The position numbers and the translations under genes were made by a program. Below the pieces are notes generated by a model, which made no database searches, was not told the DNA's origin, and saw nothing but the letters and a program-made list of their open reading frames with translations. Of a stretch of 64,000 nt of DNA, positions 35,781 through 48,702 are shown piece after piece. The stretch's first letter is position 1. Each line of letters begins with the position of its first letter. Source of the DNA: Leucoraja erinacea. Its lineage: Eukaryota. The stretch lies in assembly GCF_028641065.1 (NCBI RefSeq), contig NC_073389.1:8804001-8868000 (forward strand), written 5' to 3'.

Positions 35781-37959
35781 TTTAGAAGGATGAGTGGGAA
35801 TCTCATTGAAACATATAAGATTGTTAAGGATTTTGCCCCAGAACCAGGGGCCACAGTTTAAGATAAAGGAGTAAGCCATTTAGAACGGAGATGAGAAAAC
35901 ACTTTTTCTCACAGAGAGTGGTCAGCCTGTGGAATTCTCTGCCTCAGAGGGCGGTGGAGGCAGGTTCTCTGGATGCTTTCAAGAGAGAGCTAGATAGGGC
36001 TCTTAAAAATAGCGGTCAGGGGATATGGGGAGAAGGCAGAAACGGGGTACTGATTGGGGATGATCAGCCATGATCACTTTGAATGGCGGTGCTGGCTCGA
36101 AGGGCCGAATGGCCTACTCCTGCAACTATTGTCTATTGTCTATTGATATATCGAAATAACTTGAACATAAACATTGTACCAGGCTTTTCACACGTGACAA
36201 TAAACTGAACTGCCAGAGAAACTGCCAGCTGAGTGAAGGCAGCAGACATTGGTTGCAAAGTGTATAATGTGACTCCTTGGCAGAGGAACTAGTTTCTGAA
36301 GAAGTTTGCAATAAAATTTCACAATCAAAAGTAAATGACCTGCCAAATATTACATCCTTAACGCCAGCATAACATGACATTAAATGGCCAAAGATTCCAT
36401 CTTAAGCACTCAGTATTAGGCTCTGATACCCAGCAAGCTCAAACAGTCTATAAACATGTTCTCCCGGGGTGAAATAATGAATAGGCACATGAGACGAGTC
36501 CTGCATGTGCATTAGCTGAACCAATCCTATTCTTGACTTTGGAAAAGAAAGAATCAAAAGATAAAATTCAGCAAATGGGAAATGAAAACATGCTCAGTGC
36601 TTGTTGGCCAAGATGCTGACATAATTCCTGAAACATTCTGAAAACCTCTGTCACTTCAGTTAATCAATATTACATTAAACGACAAAAAGAAATCTTGTTT
36701 AAAATTGATTAAGACTAATTATACAAATATTTCCAGGTTAGCAGCATAAAATATTGATTACTTTCATGTCCCTGTGTATTAAGTGGGTCTACTGCAGTTG
36801 ACACAATACCTGATCGACACATTTTTGCTGGAATTTCAGTTGATTAAGGTTATAAGTTTGCACCTATGGCTTAGTGCTGACATAGTGCCATGCATCAAAG
36901 TCATCCCAGCTCAGTTGATGCAGAGCAAAGAGACATAGATTGAATTTATGAAGCATATTACCACATCTTCAAGATGTCAAGCAGTTTGCAATGAATACAT
37001 GACTTTGAAAGAATAACCACTGTTTTGCAGCCAAATAGAGGTAACTTGTACACAGCAAATCCAAAAAACAGTGATGAAGATGGATAATTGGTTCTTTGGT
37101 TTTACGTTCTACGTAGTGAGAATAATATTGGCAGGAGCAGTGGAAATCTTCTGCAAATGCTGCCAAGAAAGAATGGCATTTACAAGTTGATGTTGCACCG
37201 GTCACATCTAGCATGAACCTGCTTCAACCTGCCTTGACAGCCAGCATGTGTAGGAAGGACCTGCAGATGCTGGTGTACACCGAAGATAGACACAAACAGG
37301 TGGTTATGCTGCTGGCCTTGCCGAGGCATCTGGCACTGCCAATGAGAAGTGTATAGGAAGGAACTGCAGATGCTGGTTTAAAACAAAGAAATACACAAAA
37401 TGCTGGAGTAACTCAGTGGGACAGGCAGCATCTCTGGATAGAAGGAATGGGTGATGTTTTAGGTCGAGACTCTTCTTCAGACAAGCTGACAGTCAGCATG
37501 GTGCATTGATATCACTTTTATGCAATAATTCATGAATGAACATCTTTGACAATCTCCAGCCCTTCAACGTTAAATATGTACTTGGGGTTTAGGTAAGACT
37601 GAATGCACAACCCTGCCTTGTAAGAATGCTTCTCACTGAGCCAAATCCATTATGCTACGCGTTCAAATAAGGACAAATAGGAGGAAAAGGAGGTGGCCAT
37701 TTAACATCCACTGTCATTCTCTCAGATCATGGCTGGGGCATAACCTGTAGCTTAATTCCATAGCCAAGCCATTGACCCAAATTCCTTGTTATCTTTTGGA
37801 TTGCTAAAATATACCAGTTAAAATTAACAACCAACAAAGCTCGAATGTAATTTGCCATAACAGCCAAACATCTAATGCCAAGTAGAAGTGACCAAACTTC
37901 AAATTTAGTTGTTTAGTCATTTTGGATTGCTAAAGCGGAAAGACAATATATGATTACCA

Positions 37960-38510
37960 GTTAAAAAGTTAATACAACAAAACACAGTGGAACCTAATTT
38001 TAGGTGCCATCGAATGTAATTTGCCAAAACAATAGAAAGAGGAAAAAGTGGAAAAATAGATGGTAGAGAGTAGAAAAACGTGAAGTGTGTATATAAAAAA
38101 TAAAAAAATAAAAGTGGAAAGTAGAAATAGAAGAGAGGGCCCTTTAGAAGAGATTTTTCCAAACATCGAATGCCTCCTGTAAGTAGAAGTGTTATCCGCG
38201 TCTTGAATTGAATTCAGCAATCCTTCCGGCACCGCTGCATCACATGATTCAAAAAAGTCGATGAAAGGAGACCAACTTTTAAGAATTGGTCATATTTATC
38301 TATTAGTCGGAGTCTCATTTCTTCAAGGCTTGCTATGTCCATCATATTCCTAATCCACATTTTAACAGTTGGTGTGTTGTATTTTTCCAAAATTTAAGTA
38401 TCAATTTCTTTCCAATTATTAACCCAAAATTAAAAAAAACATTTTGATCTTTATTTAAATTGGTATCTTCTATTATTCCAAATATAATCCATTCCGTTCT
38501 GGGTTTGATG
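37960..38510 (-). mobile_element. L1-clade LINE 3' fragment
   Basis: EWIIFGII...FFNFGLIIGKKLILKFWK resembles the L1 C-terminus at 44990-45110; AT-rich 3' UTR. Confidence 0.7.
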
Positions 38511-39574
38511 ATTACAAATTCATGATTACAATACATAAACTACAGTGTTTAGCGATATGACAAGGGAATAATGTTTAGTGCAAGGTAACGCCGGCAAAGT
38601 CTGATCAAAGATAGTCCGAGGGTCACCAATGAGGTAGGTACTAATGTTTCAACTATTCCTGTTTGTCCGCGGTTTTCAGTTGGTGAAAATATTCATTTTC
38701 TACCCAACTGGTTCTACTTAATACCTTGGGAGCTGCATCAAATCATGTTTGAGCTTTCTAAATTCTGGGACTGCAACTCCAGATAACTTTCTGGCAATGC
38801 TACTCTGCACTTATATACATATCCTTCCTCTGATACAGTATGCAGGGCTGCATACTGAGATGTAACCTACACTTTAAATAGTACCAGTCCCCTCATTGTA
38901 CAATGACACTTTATTTTTTTATTATTTTCATACTTTAATGATCAATGCTCATGGACTTTTTGAGGCATCCACTAATTTCAGTTTATTTCCATTTAGAAAA
39001 GTAATCAGTCCAATCCTGTTTCGGTTCAAAGTCAGTGACCTTACATCTGCCAACATTTGCCACTGCCTTGCCTATCCACTCAATCTATTAATGCGGAATT
39101 CTATGCCTCAGAAGGCAGTGGCCAATTCTCTAGATGCTTTCAAGAGAGAGTTAGATAGAGCTCGTAAAGATAGCAGAGTCAGCGGATATGGTGAGAAGGC
39201 AGGAACGGGGTACTGATTGGGGATGACCAGCCATGATCACAGTGAATGGTGGTGCTGGCTCGAAGGGACAAATGACCTACTCCTGCACCTATTGTCTATT
39301 GAAATGTATGTATAATCAATGTCACCGTGTGTTGCCTGAGTCTCTCTGCCTGTGACTGTACCTCACCGTACTTGCACATTTGACAATAAGCTCAACTTGA
39401 TTTTAGTGGACTTGATTTCAGAGATCATGTCTCAGAAGATTCCCACACGGGCCAGTTTCTTGAGAGGACTGGTGATTTTTGGACACGTGAGTTTGCTAGA
39501 AGCCATTTGTGATTAAAAAGGGATCCAGGCATCTAGACCAACTGAACTTAATTTGTGAAGCCTTAGCTCTACTA

Positions 39575-41100
39575 GAGTCAGAGTCATACAGTGTGGAAAC
39601 AGGCCCTTCGGCCCAACTTGCTCACAACAACCAACAGGCCACATCTACACTGATCCCACCTGCCCATGTCTGGCCCAAATCCCTCTATTGCCTGTCCTAT
39701 CTATGTACCTGTCTAAATGTTCCTTAAACATTGCGATAGTACCTGCCTCAACTAGATCCTCCAGTCATTCCATACAACCACTACTTTTTGTGTAAAAGAG
39801 TTACCCCTCAGGTTCTTATTAATTCTTTCCCCCATCACCTTAAAACAATGTCCTCTGGTTCTCGATTCCCCTACTTTGGGCAAGGGACTGTATGGTTACC
39901 CAATCTATTCCGCTCAGGATTTTATACACCTCTAGAAGATCACCCCTCATCCTCCTGCGTTCCAAGGAATAGAGTCCCAGCCTGCTCAACCTCTCCCTAT
40001 ATCTCAGGCACTCTAGTCCTAGCAACATCCTCCTAAATCTTCTCTGCACCTTTACCAGCTTGACATCATCATTGCTATAACATGGTGCCCCGAACTGAAC
40101 ACAATTCTCTAAATGTGGCCTCACCAATGTCTTATATAACTGCAACATGACCCAACATTGAAGGTGGAATCTCATATAGATAGGGTGGCATTGGTGAGAC
40201 CAAATCTGAAGTATGGTGTACAATTTTGGTCGCCCAATTATAGGAAGAATGTCAACAAAATAGAGAGAGTACAGAGGAGATGTACTAGAATGTTGCCTGG
40301 GTTTCAACAACTAAGTTACAGAGAAAGGTTGAATAAGTTAGGTCTTTATTCTCTGGAGCGCAGAAGGTTAAGGGGGGACTTGATAGAAGTCTTTAAAATG
40401 ATGAGAGGGATAGACAGAGTTGATGTGGACAAGGTTTTCCCTTTGAGAATAGAGAAGATTCAAACAAGAGGACATGACTTCAGAATTAAGGGATAGAAGT
40501 TTAGGGGTAACATGAGGGGGAACTTCTTTACTCAGAGAGTGGTAGCGGTGTGGAATGAGCTTCCAGTGGAAGTGGTGGAGGCAGGTTCGTTGGTATCATT
40601 TAAAAATAAATTGAATAGGCATATGGATGAGAAGGGAATGGAGGGTTATGGTATGAGTGCAGGCAGGTGGGACTAAGGGAAAAAAAAGTTGTGTCGGCAC
40701 GAACTTGTAGGGCCGAGATGGCCTGTTTCCGTGCTGTAATTGTTATATGGTTACATGGTTATATGGTTAACATCTATACTCAATACTCAAGACTGATGAA
40801 GGCCAATGTGCCGAAGGCCTTTTTGACCACTCTATTTACCTGTGATTTGACTTTCAAGGAACTATGCACCTGCACTACTAGATCCCTCTGTTCTACATCA
40901 CTACCCAAAACCCTACCATTCACTGTGTAGGTCCTGCCCATGTTAGACTTCCGTAAATGTAACACTTCACAATTCACTGTTCCAGCAATTCACAATTCCA
41001 GCAACCATTCCTCAGCTCACCTGCCCAACTGATCAAGAAACAGCTGTAATTTTTTGACAACCATCTTCACTGTCTACAATACTACCCACTTCAGTGTCAT
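39575..41100 (-). mobile_element. CR1 LINE fragment hosting an antisense CR1 insertion
   Basis: Minus strand: CEVLHL...KKAFGTLAFIS, then VMLQLYKTLVRPHLE...RGDLLEVYKIL. Confidence 0.85.
40159..40768 (+). mobile_element. CR1 3' fragment, nested, with AACAT target-site duplication
   Basis: IERVQRRCTRMLPG...RRRLRGDLIEVFKMMRG; (ggttatat)n-type tail; aacat at 40154-40158 and 40769-40773. Confidence 0.85.
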
Positions 41101-41509
41101 ACTGTTTCCATCATTCCTGTTCTGTTTGTTTTTCGGAGATTGTAATATTAATTTTCTATCCAACTGGTTCTCTTTAATACCCTGAAAACAGCATCAAATT
41201 ATATCTTAGGTTTCTACATTCAAGGGAACGCAACGCCATCTCGACCTGAAACATCTACACCTCCTTACCATCACTTGATGCTGCTCGACTTGCTGTCCTC
41301 CAGCAGTTTGTTTCTTGCTCCAGTTAGTTCAATCCTGCCTAAGAATGTAACTACTGGAGTCCAGGTTATATTCTTCCAATACCACGCTGCCCTGTTCCAT
41401 TCTGCAGCCCCTTAACAGGTTAGGTGGTGAGAGGGAGTAAGATTTTCTTCCCATACAGGACCAGGGATCTCCAAGCACATAGTGTAATGGTAGTGATATC
41501 TCTACCACT

Positions 41510-41801
41510 CAGGGATCTAGGAGTACAGGTGAGTGGTTCCTTGAAGGTAGAGTCGCAGGTAGATAGGGTGGTCAAAAATGTGTTTGGCTCGTTGGCCTTC
41601 AGCAGTCAGAGTATTGAGTATTGAAGTTGAGAGGTCATGTTGCAGTTGTATGAGACCTTGGTGAGGCCGCATTTAGAGTATTGTGTTCAGTTCTGGACAC
41701 TGTGTTATGGGAAAGATGTTGTCAGGCTGGAAAGGGCACAGAGAAGATTTACAAGGATGTTGCCAGGGATAGAGGGTCTGAGCTATAAGAGGTTGAGCAG
41801 G
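41510..41801 (+). mobile_element. CR1 fragment running into the assembly gap
   Basis: RDLGVQV...LVRPHLEYCVQFW. Confidence 0.85.
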
Positions 41802-41934
41802 NNNNNNNNNNNNNNNNNNNNNNNNNNNNNNNNNNNNNNNNNNNNNNNNNNNNNNNNNNNNNNNNNNNNNNNNNNNNNNNNNNNNNNNNNNNNNNNNNNN
41901 NNNNNNNNNNNNNNNNNNNNNNNNNNNNNNNNNN
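41802..41934. other. Assembly gap (133 N)
   Basis: Run of N. Confidence 1.
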
Positions 41935-42394
41935 AACTGAGAAAGGAAGGAATCTAATATGTTTTAGGTTGCAGTAAAGGAGGACAGAGGAGAGAACAAA
42001 GTTAGTGTCTGAGGGTCAATACTAAGAGTCTAAATGACATTGGCAGCAGTGCTGCAGGATACGAGAGGGCAGTGGAGTTTCATTAATCACAGCTGATCAG
42101 CCTAGTGAAGATATAACTAGCAGATGAATGAAAGTGGAGGACAGGAGAGAAAACAATTGAAAGGAAAAAGGGTTGAACAAATCAATGTGAAATGGTAGGA
42201 TGTGCTCCCAGAGAATTTTATAGCCACAGCTTCTATAAATCTGAAAAATAAACCGAATGCTGGAATTGCTCAGAAGGTCAAACATTATGTGTTAAGACAA
42301 AAACAAATTTAACCTTGTAGGCTGATGATACTTAATCAGATCTGATGAATTCTGCTACAGAAGAGAAACTCTGTTTATTTTAAATTGTTGAATA

Positions 42395-43740
42395 TAGAAC
42401 GTGGAACAATCCAGCACAGGCCATTTGGCTCACAGTGTCTGTGCCAAAGATGATGCCGAGACTAACTCTTATCTGCCTGCACATAATCCATATCCCTCCA
42501 TTCCCTGCATATCCATATGCATATCCAAAAGTCTCTTAAATGTCACTATTGTTCCTTCCTCAACCACCACCCCCAACAGCATGTTCTAGACACTCACCAC
42601 CCTTTGTCCAGTACATCACCTTTGAAATTTGCCCATATCACCTTAAAGCTATGGCCTCTGGTATTTTTTTTCCATCTTGGGAAAAAGGTAGACTGTCCAC
42701 CCTATCCATGCCTTCCATAATTAAATATGTATATTTCAAACAGGTCTCCTCGCAACCGCTGACATTCCAAAGAAAACAATCCAGGTCTGTCCAAATTTTT
42801 CCTATAGCTAAATCCTCCTCATCCAGCTTTGATCCCTTGGCTTTGTGTATGTCTTGAACACAGAGAATATAGAACAGTACAGTACAGCTGAAGGCCCTTT
42901 GGCTCATGATGTCTGTGTCAAACATGATGGTTGCTTCAACTAATCTCCTTTGCCTACATATGATCCATATCCCTCCATTCCAGCACCCACATTTCCCTGT
43001 GTAAAAACTTACCTTGCAGGTTTACTTTATACTGTCCCTTTGACCTTGTGGCTAGACGTTGCCATTTCCACCCTGGGAAAAATGGGGTTCTGACTGTCTC
43101 CGCCTCTGTCACTTCGTAAAAAACAATCCACATTTATCTAAACTCTCCTTAAATATAATACCCTCCAGGCAACACCCCGGTAAATCTATTCTGAACCCTC
43201 TCTAAAGCTTTCACGTCCTTAAGGGACTTTCACGACCTAATCCACAACATTTTTTGCTCGTGGACATTTTTCATCATGTTGAAAAAAAGCTCCAATCCAC
43301 TTGATGCCATGAGTGCCTACGACAAGCATCACGACCGCCTACGACCTACCTACGACCTCCTACAACCCCCCCGTGACGACCATACTGCAAGTATGAGTCA
43401 AGGGCAAACTCGGCAGAGGTCGAGAAGTAGGTTGTGAAAGTGGGACAGGCCCTTTAATGTGATGGGGTGATCAGAACAGCACACAATACTTCAAATGTGG
43501 CCTAATGAAAAATCCGTAAACTTGCAACATGACTTCCTGATTCCGATACTGAAATTCCCTCCTTTCTCCTTGAGTGGTCCTACATTCTCCTTGGTTACCA
43601 TCGTGGTGTTAATGTAGCTGCTAAAAGCCTTGGGATTTTCTTTAATCCAACTCGTCAAAACCATTTTGTGGCCCCTTTTGGCCCTTCTAATGGCTTGCTT
43701 GAGTTCTGTCCTCCTTCCTTTAATCTTCCTCAAAGACATT
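42395..43740 (-). mobile_element. Cluster of decayed CR1 fragments containing a MITE at 43222-43453 (TTA TSD, left TIR partly deleted)
   Basis: IRRAKRGH...IKENPKAF; CR1 tails; tta|aggga...agtgggacaggccct|tta. Confidence 0.7.
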
Positions 43741-43778
43741 GTGTGAGTACATCATCTTAAACCTTGATGCACATCCTC

Positions 43779-45143
43779 TTCATTTTTCTTTTCTTTTTTT
43801 TTCTTTCTTTCTTTTATTTATTAGAAGTAGAGTGCATTACAATAATATAAGCCAAAGATAACTTAATACATTTCTTGTACCATTTCATTTTTAAGCTTTA
43901 AAAAGAAAAAAAAGGTAAAGAAAGTGAGATAGAATAGTGAGTGCGTGAAAAAGTGATCAAGACAAAAAGACCCATAGGCGCGAAGAGTTAGAAAAAAAAG
44001 TTAAGAAGTAAGCCATAGAAAAGAAAAAAGAGAAAAAGAAACAGAAGCTATGTTAAAAGTAGAAAACAGAGCTGAAAGGGATATACCAACTTCGTATTTT
44101 TCCTCCCCCCTCACCAGGTCCTGAAACTATTTATTTTCAGAGTTCTGTTGCACCTTATACTTGTAGTAAGTCGATAAATGCAGGTTAAGTCTTTTGGAAG
44201 TGGTCTGATTTGCCTGCTAGAAGGAGTCTCATATCTTCCAGGTGTAATGTTTCGAACATATTTGAAATCAAATAAAACCTATTTGAAATACAAATAAAAC
44301 TTACCCTAAAATTAAGAAATCTATCGCTTCTTTCTCCAATAGTTAATAACCCATCGTTTAAACCTTCTATTATAGATAAATCATTTGCACAATGGGAAAG
44401 AACAGGAATTAAAACATTCGGAGACATGTATGAAACTGGAAAATTATTATAATTTCAACAACTACAACTAAAATACAATTTGAGAAATAATCATTATTTC
44501 AAATATTTTCAAATATGTGACTATTTGAAAATATATAAACAAGAATATCATAACTTGTCCCCAGACTTATTGGACGAAGCAATGAATACAAAGGCCGAAT
44601 CAGCTAATTTAATATCATACTTGTATAACATCATTCTAAATATAGAAATACCATCATCAGATGGAATTAGAAGAGACTGGGAACAAGAAATAGCTATAAA
44701 AATTTCGAAAGAGAGGTGGGATAAACATTTGCTATATGTGCATAAATGCTCGATTAACATAAGACACACTGTAATTCGATTCAAAATCTTACATAGACTA
44801 TATTACTCAAAAACTAAAATAAGTAAACTTTTTCCTAATGTCTCCCCTATTTGTGATAAATGTCTATCCTAAGAAGCTACTATAGCACATTCATTTGTTG
44901 TCCGTGTAAAAAAATCCAAAAATTTTCGAATGAAATTTTTGAAATCTTCATAAAATTATTTAAAATAAAATTGATACCAAAAGCAGAATTGATTGTTTTT
45001 GGAACAATGGACGGAAGCTCTGAACTAACTGCGTTTCAAAAGAACCTATTTAATTACGGTTTAATAACGGGGAAAAAACATACTTAAATTCTGGAAAAAC
45101 GCCCCTATACCAATAATAAATATGTGGATTTCATTTTTCTTTT
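43779..45143 (-). mobile_element. L1-clade LINE insertion, 5'-truncated and 5'-inverted, with 14-bp TSD
   Basis: Plus-strand 44281-45133 encodes the L1 ORF2 C-terminus (FKILHRLYY...CDKC...H); minus-strand 44269-43793 continues it (ISNMFETLHLEDMR...) to an A-rich tail; ttcatttttctttt occurs at both ends. Confidence 0.85.
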
Positions 45144-45608
45144 ATGAAGAGCAGAAATCTCACTTTCTGTTGAGGAATTCTGAGGCTTGGATTAATAACA
45201 GCACGTAGGTTGAAAAAAGTTTGACTTTTTTTCCTGGCTCAGTCGCTCCACAACTGATTGATGCTCTGGAGTGATATTTTGCTCGACACAGAGCTGATGT
45301 CGCTTTAATAATGCAAACAATGACAAAGAGCTCACTCTTCAACTTTTACTTACAGAATTAACTGCACCTACTATGTTGGCATCAGACTAAAAATGACTCA
45401 GCCCAAAGGCATAAGCAACTGGAAGGAACCGCAGATATTGATGTGGTTCATTTAGGAACTCAAGAGGGAGAATTGTGGGAAAAAAACATGTTAAAACACG
45501 GCTGTTAAGACACAAGTTAAGACTATTTGTAAAAGCTGAGCATCTAAATACATTGAATTAGTCAACTCCCAATGTGTTTGAACTGGGAAAAGCTGTCTGA
45601 ATAAGTCA

Positions 45609-45821
<213 letters not shown>

Positions 45822-46094
45822 TCATTGAATGCAAGGACAACATTGAACTGTCAAATGATCTGTACATGAGATTACTTCAAACTCATCATACATTTACAGA
45901 AAATAATTTGTGTAAAATCCACAGGCAGATCTTGGAGATATCCCCATGATCTGGAAAAGTAAACAAATACAATCAACAAATTGTATCCAATCAACAACAT
46001 GTGTCCTTACGGAGCTGTTAAAGGTTACTTTCATGGTCTGTTACTTATGCATGTTCTACACTCTTTAAACGATTAAGGCAAGCAACATTCCAAG

Positions 46095-46413
46095 AATAGA
46101 AGTTGGGAGGTCATGTTGCAGTTATATAAGGCGTTGGTGAGGCCATATTCAGAGTATTGTGTTCAGTTCTGGGCACCATGTTATAGAAAAGATATTGTCA
46201 AGATGGAATGGGTACAAAGAAGATTTACGAGGATGTTGCCAGGACTCGAGAGCCTGAGCTATAGGGAGAGATTGAGCAGGACAGGACTCCTCTATTCCAT
46301 AGAATGCATTAGATTGAGGGGCCATCTTATTGAGGTGTATAAAATCATGAGATGAATCTATAGGGTTGATGCACGGAGTATCTTGCCCAGAGCAGGGGAA
46401 TCCAGTACCAGAG
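46095..46413 (+). mobile_element. CR1 fragment
   Basis: MLQLYKALVRPYSEYCVQFWAP...RLRGHLIEVYKIMR. Confidence 0.85.
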
Positions 46414-46414
46414 G

Positions 46415-46862
46415 GTACCACCAGGGGGCGCCGGACGATGGCTGCCTCACCAATGGTCTGTCTCGTCTTTTTCCTTCTTGTGTTTTTAGGAGGAACCCGC
46501 AGTCTCGGGTAGAAACCGATGTCGGGAAGCTCCAAGCCACACGAGGTTGGACCAGCCCCGACCCGGGGTCCGCGGGGGGGGAGCTGAGATCACCCCGATT
46601 CGGGAGTTTGATCGCCCCGATGCGGAAGATCGCCCCGACAATGGAAGGTTCAAATGCCTCGACCGAGGGAGAACAAAGAAGGGAAGAAGATTGAACGTTT
46701 TTTACCTTCCATCTCAATGGGAAATGTAGGGGAGTCGCTGTGGTGGATGTTCATGGTAAAAATGTACTTGGGTGTCTTGTTGCTTTTTATTGGTATGACT
46801 GTATGGCAAATAAAATTCCTCGTATGTTGCAAAACATACTTGGCTAATAAAGTAGTATTATC
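46415..46862 (+). mobile_element. GC/CpG-rich non-autonomous retroelement with Rex/Babar-like tail (internally shorter copy)
   Basis: Head ccaccagggggcgcc...gatggctgcc, the shared hairpin module, and tail aaattcctcgtatgttgcaaaacatacttggctaataaag. Confidence 0.65.
46418..46432 (+). promoter_or_regulatory. Consensus-matching CTCF core motif
   Basis: CCACCAGGGGGCGCC; motif match only, no binding data. Confidence 0.45.
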
Positions 46863-46863
46863 A

Positions 46864-47052
<189 letters not shown>

Positions 47053-47436
47053 TCACAGCATCATTAACTGGCTCAAGTGGTCAAAGCGACATCAGCCCAG
47101 CTGCAAATCCTCTCCAGGGCTGCCAAAGATTTTTATTTGCACAGTGAAATGTAACAAGTTGTTCACGTCTGTTTTATACAGGACCCACCAGGCATTTTAC
47201 ATCCTACATTATTAAAGGCAGTGTCATTAATTTTAATTTGCTTTGTGGTTTGGATCTTTTAATGTTTAAGAATACGGTGAAGTGATTTCACGCAAGGTCT
47301 CGCTCCACTGGGAAGCAGACAGGAAGAATGTCATACTCCAATCCCTACATAGCAGGCTGGGCCCAACACACCACTGCCATCTCTGGTGGGCAATTCTGAC
47401 TTTAACTCAGTATCACAGCAAAATTATACGATCATG

Positions 47437-48167
47437 GGGTGGCACACAAAGGCAGAGTTGTTGCCTTACAGCGCCAGAGACCTGGGGTTGATCCTGACTA
47501 CGGGTGCTGTCTGTACAGGGTTTGGACGTTCTCCCAGTGACCTGCATGGGTTTTCTCCAGGATCTCCTGATTCCTCCCACACATCAGGAGGTGCAACTCT
47601 AGAGCCAATAAGATCATGGGAGACCCCTTCCACCCCTGCAACAGACTGTTCCAGCTGCTACGTTCAGGCAAACGCCTCCGTTGCCATGCTGTGAGAAGGG
47701 AGAGGTTGAGAAGGAGTTTCTTCCTAGAGCCATTAGGACTGTAAACTCCTATCTCACCAGGGACTAACTTTACTGTACCACTCCACTGCTTTAAAAAAAA
47801 AATTAATTGCTGTTTTTTTTTGTTTTTTTCCCTTTTCCTTCCGCCCACAATATTTAATATGTAAAAGAATATGTGATTCTGTATTCCATTCTGTTTGTAG
47901 TTTGATTGGTTGTTTGTTTGTTTGTCTTTTGCACAAAGTCCGTGAGCATTGCCACTTTTCATTTCACTGCACATCTCGTATGTGTATGTGACGAATAAAC
48001 CTGGCTTGACTCTAAAGACGCACAGGTTTGTAGGTTAATTGCCTTGGTATAATTGTGAAAATTTGCCCTAGTGTGTATCATAGTGTAAGTATGCAGGGAT
48101 TGCTGGTTGGCACGGACTCGTTGGGCTGAAGGATACATGCTGTGTCCATAAAATGAACTAAACTAAA
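47437..48167 (+). mobile_element. HE1/V-SINE interrupted by a Rex1/Babar 3' fragment (about 47584-48010)
   Basis: The SINE breaks at cctcccacac and resumes at tctaaagacg; the insert reads ...LLRSGKRLR... and ends atttcactgcacatctcgtatgtgtatgtgacgaataaa. Confidence 0.8.
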
Positions 48168-48702
48168 AGGCAAGTTACTGATGCAAGAGATCGCAGATGC
48201 TCTAATCTGGAGTAAAAACAAACGGCTGGAGGAACTAGTCAGGTAGTATCTGTGGAGGGAAATGGACAGATGACATTTTGGGTTGTGACCCTTCATACAC
48301 AAAGCTCAATACGATCAGAAGATCAATGAGATTTGAACTTGATTTCATTTATTAACTGCCAATTATGGGTGCATTGTGTGGGAGAAAGAAGCAGAGTCCC
48401 AATAAAAGGCAAGCAAGCTTTTTTTCAGTCACTGCCCAACCATCTACAGACTGAGCTTCAGGGGGGAGGGAGCTCCAGAGATAAGGAAATGTAAGAGCAC
48501 CTCTTAAATCACTTGGGCAGCTTACAGCGCAGCAGTATGAACAATGACTTCTCTAACTCTAACCCTTGCTTTCCCTCTCTCTCCATCCCTCCCCCTTCCT
48601 AGATCTCCAACCAGCCTGACTGTCCCCCCTGATTACATTTCATATCTGTTTGCTTTGTTGTCACCCCCTAATTAACAAATTATCTATTCCACGTTTTCCT
48701 TA

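Noticed and set aside
36126-36380. Minus-strand ORF containing VKDVIF and SFTFD, superficially FERM-like
   Set aside because: Motif order is wrong and similarity does not extend; the real DVILTLQ exon is at 16739-16870.
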